Of a stretch of DNA of 59,207 nt, positions 29,700 through 42,300 are shown piece by piece. A program made the position numbers and the translations under genes. A model generated the notes under the pieces. The model was given only the letters and a program-made list of their open reading frames with translations, was not told the DNA's origin and searched no databases. Within the stretch, counting starts at the first letter, position 1. Each line of letters begins with the position of its first letter. This stretch comes from Trichinella spiralis (lineage: Eukaryota): the NCBI RefSeq assembly GCF_000181795.1, contig NW_003526947.1, forward strand, positions 872,846-932,052, read 5' to 3'.

Positions 29700-30800
29700 T
29701 TTCTTGCGCGTTGTGCATCTCCTCCCTCCTTACTTATATTTATACGGTTGGTTGACCTGACTCCGCGTCTGGTGGCCCAAATCTCCGTGGAGCGATTATT
29801 GACCGGGTTCGTTGCACAATTGCTGATCTATGCAGCCGCGATGATTTGGACAGACGCGCTGTCAGGGATATCTCATTTTGACGCGTTGCCATCAGTTGAC
29901 CACCGGATTCGTGACAACTGCTCGGTATGGATGATCTTCCTTTGATTGTTTAATTGTGATTCTGTTGTTCTTCGGTTGAGAAAAACAAGAGAATCAAATT
30001 ACATTAGGTGAGCGTTGGTTTTGCGTGTAAAATATTGTTTTCGCTTACGGCTATTAATATTTGACGGACAGATACTGAAAAAAGACCTCTACAAAAATAT
30101 TATTGTAAAGATCCCCGCAGCGACATCTGGTATTTTCAGAATTTTGACCTTGACCCAAATTCCCCGAAGAAAAGGCCGTTTTTGGATAAGTTGTTATTGT
30201 ATGTATGTATATATTGTTGATTATTATTAAAACGGGGGATTTGTTAGGTTCGAATCTAGCGCGAAGAAAGAGAGTTCGCGGCAGAACCTAATTTTCGACA
30301 ATCAAGTGTAGTAAGATTCCTCCCTTCCGAGCCTTCAACAGTTATCAATACGCATAATATTTTGCATTTGAGCCAGTTCATAATTTCAAAATAGATCCAA
30401 TTCAAGTTATCTATCAATTTTAGTATTGCGAAAAATAAGTTTTCGTTTATACTGTCACAGTAGGCAAAATGCGACACCCACTGTAAGTACTGCATTAAGC
30501 GGGGCTTCTCCGAACACATCCGCGACCCAGTTTCCCCAAACTCCGACTCTTTCTTCTGATTGTCTGTTCGCTAATAGTTCTTCGCGATTCATCAGTAATT
30601 GGCTAATGATTTCTGCTATTTTATTAGCTAATCATTATGATAAGTGATTGTGCGAATAACTCTGGCTATCCGATTGCTGCTAAGCTTTGATCATTGATTG
30701 GATGATTGTTTTCAATCACAGTTCTCCCAAATATGGGGTACATTACCATTCAATAACTGTATATGGACATAAATAATCACATTCCCCATTTTTTGAAACA
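29700..30800. mobile_element. Possible decayed LTR-retroelement remnant
   Basis: GC-richer island in AT-rich DNA. Minus strand has a purine tract AAGGAGGGAGGAGA followed by TG near 29716-29731; a TG..CA-bounded segment spans 30242-30781. No TSD or protein motif recognised. Confidence 0.25.
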
Positions 30801-31325
30801 GCTTTTTTAAGATATGGAGTAATAGTGTTAGCTATCTTTCATTGCGTTAAAGGAAATATAACAACAACAAAGTAAATAAGATTATGAATAATATTTCGCA
30901 TCTTTATATTTGCTCACTCTTTGTGTATATTTTCAAGCAAAAAATTAAAAAAGATATCTTGCGGTATTTGAATATTGCTTTAGATAGAGGTCAAATTAAT
31001 TTTTAACATTAATGATTCTTCAGTTTTACATTTCATTGTTAAAATAATAGTTTGTTTTGTAATTTTATTTCTTCACGTCTGTGCTAATCAACAGACTGCT
31101 TTGTAAATAAACATTTCCCCGTTTCGCTACAAGCGCTTCCAAATTAGGCAAATACATAGTATACAGCATTCTGTTACAACAACAACCAACAGTCAATAAG
31201 AATCAGCAACAAACAAATCTGAACTGTATTACGATATTCACAACAAGAAAACATAAACTATACAATAAAATGAATGAATAGATGCAACAATAATGGACAA
31301 TGCACAGGTGCAGGAGTATAATAAG

Positions 31326-33054
31326 TAGACCCCGGATTTTGCCATAAATGCCATTTTCTCCATTTTTGATGATTTTTTCATGATATTGCCTTTTTATGCC
31401 TTTTTGATAATTTTTCCATGACATAGCTTTTTTTTATAATTCAGTGCAAAATTCAACTTTGCCCCGTGTTATGTATGACGAAGAAATCTAGTAGAGAAGG
31501 AGTTCCAGAGACAAGTTAGATAAGATTATGTAGTAGACAGGCCAGAAAAGGAGGAAGTTTAGTTAGTCTCTGTGTGTGGGATGGTCCAGACCGGTCCCAC
31601 TTTTCACTTATTGGTTATTGACGGCGTTATTTTATTGGGCCGTCAAGTCGTTGTCTTATTGGTTTTCCTTGTCTAATTGCTCATTGATTCAAATTCTTCA
31701 GTTGTGATTAGCTGTAAGGGTCTAGTACCGATTTTCTCCTGATACATAAATCTGCTCCCACTGTTGTAAATAAATTTGTTGCCTGTTGAAATTTATCTAA
31801 ATTTGATGCAACCTTCCGGTGTAATGTCCAAATACTGAATAATCTGTTTGAAAATCTGGAATGTTGTGGCAACACTTCCAATCACCGGCTTACAAATGGC
31901 ACTAATTCTAACGTTACGTGTTAGCTTGCAGTTTCACAGAATTTCAAGCATGATTTCACGTATAATGCCTCTGTCAAACATTGTTCGCGTTTCTCGTCAC
32001 ATCACATACGTTGGTAAAGGCGATTGTAATACAAAGGGAAAGATAACAAGTGGCAAATTGTCCACACCTGCAATTCTGAGTTGAAATTAAATAGTTATAA
32101 TAAATTGCGCGGTCAAGCGTGTGTATTTTATATTTCCTCAATCTGTTGACTGTTCATTCACTCAGGTTTCGCTTCGCTTGCTGTGTCGTTCCTATCCAAG
32201 ATCTGCAACTTCCGCAAGCTTCAAAATGTTTTGAAAAAAAGTTTTCCTCAAAGCACCGTCACGTGTACAGCTGTTCAAAGAAATGGCACCTGAGATTCTG
32301 CTACCTCCTTAGCCCTACCTTTAACTAGGTGGGGTACACGGCTCTCTGCTGTTTTCTACTATGCGGCGAATATTACAAAGATACAGGAAATCATCGTCTG
32401 TTTTGAAGAATAAGAATCTGCTGCAGTGAAAATAGTCCATGAATTCATGCAGAAAGAGTCTCTCCGCTGTGATCTCGTATTTATTGCCAATTTTGCAAAT
32501 TTCGTACAAGCCTTCACTTTCCTTGAGAAACGAAGCGAAACACTAGTGGATAGGTTGCAAGTTTTCGACAAAGTAATCGATAGTATTCATAAAATTCCAG
32601 GCATAGTAGGTGAAGACATAAAAAGTAAATGCGATAAAGTAAGTGGTTTCAGCTAACAAATACCTTAAAGAAATAAAAAGCATAGCAGAAGTCTTAAAAG
32701 GAAAATCCAATGCACAACTTATTGGAATGAATACTGAGTCTGCGGTTTGCTTCAAATATGCACCAGTGACCTCAGCTGAGGTAGAAAGAAGCTTTTTGCA
32801 GTTAAAGTATATTCTTTTGGACAGACAACATAGCTTAACACCAGATAACATGAAAAAAACTGCTTGTAATTATGTGCAACCAGACAAAAAAACCATTTAA
32901 TGCAATATATGTATCATTTGCACTATATTTAGGCAATACAAATATTTGCCTTTTTTATATAAATAAATGCCATTTTCCTGCTTTTTCCGAAATTTTATTA
33001 TGCCTTTCGCCTGCCTATTTCAGAGTTCTTTAGTGTCTAAAAATATGGGCTCTA
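31326..33054 (+). mobile_element. hAT-superfamily DNA transposon, internally deleted
   Basis: TIRs TAGACCCCGGATTTT and (reverse complement) TAGAGCCCATATTTT; perfect 8-bp TSD ATAATAAG (31318-31325, 33055-33062); subterminal ATAAATGCCATTTTC at both ends. Confidence 0.9.
32230..32885 (+). pseudogene. hAT transposase C-terminal fragment with stops and a frameshift
   Basis: VFLKAPSRVQLFKEMAPEILLPP*PTLTRWGT and the dimerisation-domain motif YAPVTSAEVERSFLQLKYILLDRQHSLT; frameshift near 32640. Confidence 0.85.
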
Positions 33055-33399
33055 ATAATAAGATATGGCAATTAAAAAATTCTCGGCACTAATTTCATTA
33101 CGATGTAATCTACCCCAAAGCACAGCTACCCATAACTACTGGACTCCGCAAGATACACTGCGGCTTACGCAGACTAAAAATTACAACCATAATTCACTAG
33201 CTGCACCACTGTCTCAGTTTTACCCGGCTCATAAAAGATCAGTTGTAGAAGCTGAAACAATTATAGGTAGTGTTTCCGTGCTACCTTGATCATGCGGCGT
33301 TGTCAACATCCAAAGAGTTGTTAAATGCTGACACTACTGGTTCGTAGCAAAATAACAGAAAAATTGTATGGTCGTCTCATTAGGTGAAAAGCATTACCC

Positions 33400-36300
33400 T
33401 GCTTGAAAAAAACAGGTTTGCGACCAATACTACTTTCTATTACACGTCAAGAACCTAAAGATCAGTTCAACAAGAATTCACGACTAAAATAATATCCTCA
33501 ATAAAAATCACAGTAAGTTAACATACTGAACAAAAGCGCCTCAAAAAACTTCAATAATATTAACAATAATATTACAATAAAGTCAGCAAAGACTAAGCAA
33601 CAAAACCAGACAACACAAAAACACCGCATATTAATACTTGATAATCAAGTTAGCGTACAGAAGAAACGAGTTACTGAAAGAAAAGCGTTTCCACATTGTA
33701 GTGGACACCTAGCGCTATACCGGATGACAGCTTCATAGGAATCAGCGGTGTAAAAATTTCTTTCGGTCAAAAATAACCAGCTGCTACAACATTGGAAACG
33801 GCACACGACCGTCTCACACACCGTTGGCATTGGGATTTTGGTATTCCACACGTTACTCATGCATCCCATACGAGTTTGTCATTACAGAGAATGATTCTGG
33901 TACATGAACTCCGGCAATTTAAAGGAGAATCTTCTGTGATGGACACGCAGCCGTATGTGTGAATGGAATTTTTCAGATATCAGCGGTCTGCAATCTTCTT
34001 TCGGTTAACACGTGAGCAGCCGTCCATTTGTGCGTATGTGCCGTAGAATATCTGTAGGATATCAGACTTGGGATTCTGAATTTTTATTTCAGTCGTTGAT
34101 GCGGTATTTTCGATTTTGTAATTGCAGAAGATGATTCTACTAGTTTTTTGCTCCGTGTTTTCAACGGATGCACGATATGTTAAGCCGCATGAATGAATTG
34201 GATCTAAAAATTTTTTGCTTTGAAGAAGTGAATGAAAACATGAAAAGAAGCGAATATCTATCAATAGCTGTTGGAGCCCTTAAATTGTTTACAATTATAA
34301 GGGTTATTTGTGTTGAATTGTTGAATATATAATGGAAACTGTTATTGCGTATATTTCAAAAAATATCTGAATGTGAAATTTGAATTTTATTGGATACTGT
34401 CTACACGTTGCCAAGCGTCGAATCCATCTATGAGTTGTCCGCCTATGCAGGAAATGGATAAATTGATATTTGGCCGACAAATATGATGTTACATGTTTTA
34501 TATGAATGCTTTGTTATTTTTTTGTTCTGTTTGAAATAAAACTTTGATTGTTATTTTGATCTCTTATACTGTAGATGATATGCTTTCATAGGCAGTATAT
34601 TGATTGCCGGAAAAGGCTACATTCTTGCAGTTTTATCTTTTTCAATAAATAGTGAAAAACTTTAAGATACATTCCAACTTTATTGCTGCACAGGATGTGC
34701 GGTGCTTTTAGTCTTGCTTCAGTTAGATCAGGAAGAAGCAAACTTTTTGTACTATCGGCCACCAAGTTCATAAAAAGTGTATTATTCATATTAATTTGTA
34801 TATGCAAATATACCTTCTAAGATGATGTATCTCAATTTACTTTCTATATCGCTGAAAGAACCTGAATGTCAGTTCGGCTTGATTTTACGGTTAATACCGC
34901 CATTCATTCACCAATCATAGTAAAATAATTTAATTAACAGAATCCTAATAAAAAATCGATGATATTAACAATTATAATTCCGTGAAACCAGGAACCTGTA
35001 AGCAATAGAAGAAAACAACACACAAATACCGTAAAATAATACTTGATTATCATTTTGCGTACAGAAGAAGTGTTGCTGGAAGAAAAGCGTTTACACATCG
35101 CGGTGTGTTGCAGTCGTTGTCGGTTCTGCATTGTTGGTATGGACAGTTTCTATTGCGAAAATTTATAAAGTGCTGTTATAATTCTATCCTTATTTCGACA
35201 ATGTAAATGTGCCTTCCCATGAAGCGTGACTACGTTATCCGGATAGAAATTTGCAAAAATTATCGACTGCGGAACCAATTGAGTTGACAAATGGAGAATA
35301 TTCTCTGAAATAACGAATACTTTCCAACAGCAGTTTGTGCATTTACACCTCATACGTATGTATTGGGTATTTCTTGTCACAACCTGTGAAGATGGCATGT
35401 TTTCAATCAGGAATAAAAAAGAAGAAGAATTTTTCAGAACGCACAGCACTGATGTTCTGAATGTTTGAGAAGTATAATGGGGAAATTCAGTGAGGTAGAT
35501 GATATGGTACATTTATCGTTGACATTTCGGAGGATTATTCTGGTCCCTCTCAGTCTGAACTTTAACGAAGATTCTTTTGTGATGGACACGCAGCCGTATG
35601 TGCGAATAGAATTTGGCAAATATCAGCGGTATGCATACTTCTTTCCGTTCACACGTGGACAGCTGGACAGCCTCTGTATCAGTGTGAATGTGCCGTGGAA
35701 TTCCGGTATAATATCGTTCTTGGGATTCTGAATTTTCATCCCAGCAGTTGATATGGCATCTACGAGTTCGAGATTGCAGAAGATGATTCTACGACGTCTC
35801 CGCCCAGAATTTCTGGAAGATTCCTTTATGATGGGCCCCCAGCGGCATATGAGATTACAGTTATTGGTCATCAAGTTACCAGTTTTTAGAACATTGGAAA
35901 CGGCACACGACCGTCTCGCACACCGTTGGCATTGGGATTTTGGTATTCCACACGTTACTCATGCATCCCATACGAGTTTGTCATTACAGAGAATGATTCT
36001 GGTACATGAACTCCGGCAATTAAAGGAGAATCTTTCTGNNNNNNNNNNGGATAGAAATTTGCAAAAATTATCGACTGCGGAACCAATTGAGTTGACAAAT
36101 GGAGAATATTCTCTGAAATAACGAATACTTTCCAACAGCAGTTTGTGCATTTACACCTCATACGTATGTATTGGGTATTTCTTGTCACAACCTGTGAAGA
36201 TGGCATGTTTTCAATCAGGAATAAAAAAGAAGAAGAATTTTTCAGAACGCACAGCACTGATGTTCTCAATGTTTGAGAAGTATAATGGGGAAATTCAGTG

Positions 36301-39300
36301 AGGTAGATGATATGGTACATTTATCGTTGACATTTCGGAGGATTATTCTGGTCCCTCTCAGTCTGAACTTTAACGAAGATTCTTTTGTGATGGACACGCA
36401 GCCGTATGTGCGAATAGAATTTGGCAAATATCAGCGGTATGCATACTTCTTTCCGTTCACACGTGGACAGCTGGACAGCCTCTGTATCAGTGTCAATGTG
36501 CCGTGGACTTCCGGTATAATATCGTTCTTGGGATTCTGAATTTTCATCCCAGCAGTTGATATGGCATCTACGAGTTCGAGATTGCAGAAGATGATTCTAC
36601 GACGTCTCCGCCCAGAATTTCTGGAATATTCTTTTATGATGGGCCCCCAGCGGCATATGAGATTACAGATATTGGTCATCAAGTTACCAGCTTCTAGAAC
36701 ATTGGAAACGACCCACGATTGTCTCGCACACCGTTGGCTTTCTGATTTTGGTATGACTTCCATTGCTCATGCATACGAGTTTGACATACGAGGTTAACAG
36801 CTGAAAGGATGATTCTGGTGTATCAACATCCGCAATTTAAAGGAAATCCTTCTGTGAAATGCACGCAGCCGTATGTGCGAATAGAATTTGGCAGATATCA
36901 GCGGTCTGCATACTTCTTTCCGATAACACGTGGACAGCTGGACAGCCTCTGTATCAGTGTGAATGTGCCGTGGAACTCCGGTATAATATCGTTCTTGGGA
37001 TTCTGAATTTTCATCCCAGCAGTTGATATGGCATCTACGAGTTCGAGATTGCAGAAGATGATTCTACGACGTCTCCGCCCAGAATTTCTGGAATATTCTT
37101 TTATGATGGGCCCCCAGCGGCATATGAGATTACAGATATTGGTCATCAAGTTACCAGCTTCTAGAACATTGGAAACGACCCACGATTGTCTCGCACACCG
37201 TTGGCTTTCTGATTTTGGTATGACTTCCATTGCTCATGCATACGAGTTTGACATACGAGGTTAACAGCTGAAAGGATGATTCTGGTGTATCAACATCCGC
37301 AATTTAAAGGAAATCCTTCTGTGAAATGCACGCAGCCCGTATGTGCCAATAAAATTTGGGCAAATATCAGCGGGCCTGCATACTTCCTTTCCGATAACAC
37401 GTGGGGCAGCTGGGACAGCCTCCTGTATCAGTGGGGAAAGGGGCCCGGGGAAATTCTCGGGTACAAAATCGTTCTTGGGAATCCTGAAATTTTTCCTCCC
37501 CACCCCGTTGATATGGGCTCTACGAAGTTTCGAGATTGGCAGAAAAAATGAATTCCTCTCCAACGTCTCCCCGCCCCCGAAATTTTTCTGGGGAAGATAT
37601 TCTCTCTTTTATGAGATTGGGGGGCCCCCNNNNNNNNNNTGCAGAAGTGATTCTATGTGTTTCCGCCCAGAATTTTGAGATTCTTTTATGCAGCCCCCAG
37701 CGCATAGTAGATACAAGTTATTGTCATCAAGTTAACAGTTTCTAGAACATAGAAACGACACACGACCGTCTCGCACACGTTGGCATTGGGATTTTGGTAT
37801 TCCACACGTTACTCATGCATCCCATACGAGTTTGTCATTACAGAGAATGATTCTGGTACATGAACTCCGGCAATTTAAAGGAGAATCTTCTGTGATGGAC
37901 ACGCAGCCGTATGTGTGAATCGAATTTGGCAGATATCAGCGGTCTGCATACTTCTTTCCGTTAACACGTGGACAGCTGGACAGCCTCTGTATCAGTGTGA
38001 ATGTGCCGTGGAACTCCGGTATAATATCGTTCTTGGGATTCTGAATTTTCATCCCAGCAGTTGATATGGCATCTACGAGTTCGAGATTGCAGAAGATGAT
38101 TCTACGACGTGTCCGCCCAGAATTTCTGGAAGATTCCTTTATGATGGGCCCCAAGCGGCATATGAGATTACAGATATTGGTCATCAAGTTACCAGCTTCT
38201 AGAACATTGGAAACGGCCCACGACCGTCTTGCACACCGTTGGCTTTCTGATTTTGGTATGCCTTCTATTGCTCATGCATACGAGTTTGACATACGAGGTT
38301 AACAGCTGAAAGGATGATTCTGGTATATCAACATACGCAATTTAAAGGAAATCCTTCTGTGAAAATNNNNNNNNNNATTTTCCGAATTTTTGTAATTGCA
38401 GAAAGATGATTTCTACTAGTTTTTTGATCCGTGTTTTCAACGGATGCACGATATGTTAAGCCGCATGAATGAATTGGATCTAAAAATTTTTTGCTTTGAA
38501 GAAGTGAATGAAAACATGAAAAGAAGCGAATATCTATCAATAGCTGTTGGAGCCCTTAAATTGTTTACAATTATAAGGGTTATTTGTGTTGAATTGTTGA
38601 ATATATAATGGAAACTGTTATTGCGTATATTTCAAAAAATATCTGAATGTGAAATTTGAATTTTATTGGATACTGTCTACACGTTGCCAAGCGTCGAATC
38701 CATCTATGAGTTGTCCGCCTATGCAGGAAATGGATAAATTGATATTTGGCCGACAAATATGATGTTACATGTTTTATATGAATGCTTTGTTATTTTTTTG
38801 TTCTGTTTGAAATAAAACTTTGATTGTTATTTTGATCTCTTATACTGTAGATGATATGCTTTCATAGGCAGTATATTGATTGCCGGAAAAGGCTACATTC
38901 TTGCAGTTTTATCTTTTTCAATAAATAGTGAAAAACTTTAAGATACATTCCAACTTTATTGCTGCACAGGATGTGCGGTGCTTTTAGTCTTGCTTCAGTT
39001 AGATCAGGAAGAAGCAAACTTTTTGTACTATCGGCCACCAAGTTCATAAAAAGTGTATTATTCATATTAATTTGTATATGCAAATATACCTTCTAAGATG
39101 ATGTATCTCAATTTACTTTCTATATCGCTGAAAGAACCTGAATGTCAGTTCGGCTTGATTTTACGGTTAATACCGCCATTCATTCACCAATCATAGTAAA
39201 ATAATTTAATTAACAGAATCCTAAAAAAAAATCGATGATATTAACAATTATAATTCCGTGAAACCAGGAACCTGTAAGCAATAGAAGAAAACAACACACA

Positions 39301-42300
39301 AATACCGTAAAATAATACTTGATTATCATTTTGCGTACAGAAGAAGTGTTGCTGGAAGAAAAGCGTTTACACATCGCGGTGTGTTGCGGTCATTGTCGGT
39401 TCTGCATTGTTGGTATGGACAGTTTCTATTGCGAAAATTTATAAAGTGCTGTTATAATTCTATCCTTATTTCGACAATGTAAATGTGCCTTCCCATGAAG
39501 CGTGACTACGTTATCCGGATAGAAATTTGCAAAAATTATCGACTGCGGAACCAATTGAGTTGACAAATGGAGAATATTCTCTGAAATAACGAATACTTTC
39601 CAACAGCAGTTTGTGCATTTACACCTCATACGTATGTATTGGGTATTTCTTGTCACAACCTGTGAAGATGGCATGTTTTCAATCAGGAATAAAAAAGAAG
39701 AAGAATTTTTCAGAACGCACAGCACTGATGTTCTCAATGTTTGAGAAGTATAATGGGGAAATTCAGTGAGGTAGATGATATGGTACATTTATCGTTGACA
39801 TTTCGGAGGATTATTCTGGTCCCTCTCAGTCTGAACTTTAACGAAGATTCTTTTGTGATGGACACGCAGCCGTATGTGCGAATAGAATTTGGCAAATATC
39901 AGCGGTATGCATACTTCTTTCCGTTCACACGTGGACAGCTGGACAGCCTCTGTATCAGTGTCAATGTGCCGTGGACTTCCGGTATAATATCGTTCTTGGG
40001 ATTCTGAATTTTCATCCCAGCAGTTGATATGGCATCTACGAGTTCGAGATTGCAGAAGATGATTCTACGACGTCTCCGCCCAGAATTTCTGGAAGATTCC
40101 TTTATGATGGGCCCCCAGCGGCATATGAGATTACAGTTATTGGTCATCAAGTTACCAGTTTTTAGAACATTGGAAACGGCACACGACCGTCTCGCACACC
40201 GTTGGCATTGGGATTTTGGTATTCCACACGTTACTCATGCATCCCATACGAGTTTGTCATTACAGAGAATGATTCTGGTACATGAACTCCGGCAATTTAA
40301 AGGAGAATCTTCTGTGATGGACACGCAGCCGTATGTGTGAATCGAATTTGGCAGATATCAGCGGTCTGCATACTTCTTTCCGATAACACGTGCACAGCTG
40401 GACAGCCTCTGTATCAGTGTGAATGTGCCGTGGAATTCCGGTACAATATCGTTCTTGGGATTCTGAATTTTCATCCCAGCCGTTGATATGGCATCTACGA
40501 GTTCGAGATTGCAGAAAATGATTCTACGACGTGTCCGCCCAGAATTTCTGGAAGATTCCTTTATGATTGGCCCCAAGCGGCATATGAGATTACAGATATT
40601 AGTCATCAAGTTACCAGCTTCTAGAACATTGGAAATGGCCCACGACCGTCTTGCACACCGTTGGCTTTCTGATTTTGGTATGCCTTCTATTGCTCATGCA
40701 TACGAGTTTGACATACGAGGTTAACAGCTGAAAGGATGATTCTGGTATATCAACATACGCAATTTAAAGGAAATCCTTCTGTGAAATGCACGCAGCCGTA
40801 TGTGTGAATCGAATTTGGCAGATATCAGCGGTCTGCATACTTCTTTCCGTTAACACGTGGACAGCTGGACAGCCTCTGTATCAGTGTGAATGTGCCGTGG
40901 AACTCCGGTACAATATCGTTCTTGGGATTCTGAATTTTCATCCCAGCCGTTGATATGGCATCTACGAGTTCGAGATTGCAGAAAATGATTCTACGACGTG
41001 TCCGCCCAGAATTTCTGGAAGATTCCTTTATGATGGGCCCCAAGCGGCATATGAGATTACAGATATTGGTCATCAAGTTACCAGCTTCTAGAACATTGGA
41101 AACGGCCCACGACCGTCTTGCACACCGTTGGCTTTCTGATTTTGGTATGCCTTCTATTGTTCATGCATACGAGTTTGACATACGAGGTTAACAGCTGAAA
41201 GGATGATTCTGGTATATCAACATACGCAATTTAAAGGAAATCCTTCTGTGAAATGCACGCAGCCGTATGTGCGAATAGAATTTGGCAGATATCAGCGGTC
41301 TGCATACTTCTTTCCGTTAACACGTGGACAGCTGGACAGCCTCTGTATCAGTGTGAATGTGCCGTGGAATTCCGGTACAATATCGTTCTTGGGATTCTGA
41401 ATTTTCATCCCAGCCGTTGATATGGCATCTACGAGTTCGAGATTGCAGAAAATGATTCTACGACGTCTCCGCCCAGAATTTCTGGAAGATTCCTTTATGA
41501 TGGGCCCCCAGCGGCATATGAGATTACAGTTATTGGTCATCAAGTTATCAGTTTCTAGAACATTGGAAACGGCACACGACCGTCTCACACACCGTTGGCA
41601 TTGGGATTTTGGTATTCCACACGTTACTCATGCATCCCATACGAGTTTGTCATTACAGAGAATGATTCTGGTACATGAACTCCGGCAATTTAAAGGAGAA
41701 TCTTCTGTGATGGACACGCAGCCGTATGTGTGAATGGAATTTTTCAGATATCAGCGGTCTGCAATCTTCTTTCGGTTAACACGTGAGCAGCCGTCCATTT
41801 GTGCGTATGTGCCGTAGAATATCTGTAGGATATCAGACTTGGGATTCTGAATTTTTATTTCAGTCGTTGATGCGGTATTTTCGATTTTGTAATTGCAGAA
41901 GATGATTCTACTAGTTTTTTGCTCCGTGTTTTCAACGGATGCACGATATGTTAAGCCGCATGAATGAATTGGATCTAAAAATTTTTTGCTTTGAAGAAGT
42001 GAATGAAAACATGAAAAGAAGCGAATATCTATCAATAGCTGTTGGAGCCCTTAAATTGTTTACAATTATAAGGGTTATTTGTGTTGAATTGTTGAATATA
42101 TAATGGAAACTGTTATTGCGTATATTTCAAAAAATATCTGAATGTGAAATTTGAATTTTATTGGATACTGTCTACACGTTGCCAAGCGTCGAATCCATCT
42201 ATGAGTTGTCCGCCTATGCAGGAAATGGATAAATTGATATTTGGCCGACAAATATGATGTTACATGTTTTATATGAATGCTTTGTTATTTTTTTGTTCTG

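Noticed and set aside
35750..35890. Cadherin-like YEFEIAED string in a plus frame
   Set aside because: Flanked by stops, lacks DxD/LDRE motifs, and the spacing does not fit ~110-aa cadherin repeats.
37322..37760. Apparently divergent subunit with novel ORFs
   Set aside because: Homopolymer insertions increase toward the N gap, typical of low-quality read ends; the same applies at 44067-44200 and 45236-45420.
41217..41975. Cys-rich minus frame interrupted only by TGA, suggesting a selenoprotein or readthrough
   Set aside because: The 467-bp subunit breaks the frame and leads to TAG; no convincing sense-strand SECIS element was found.
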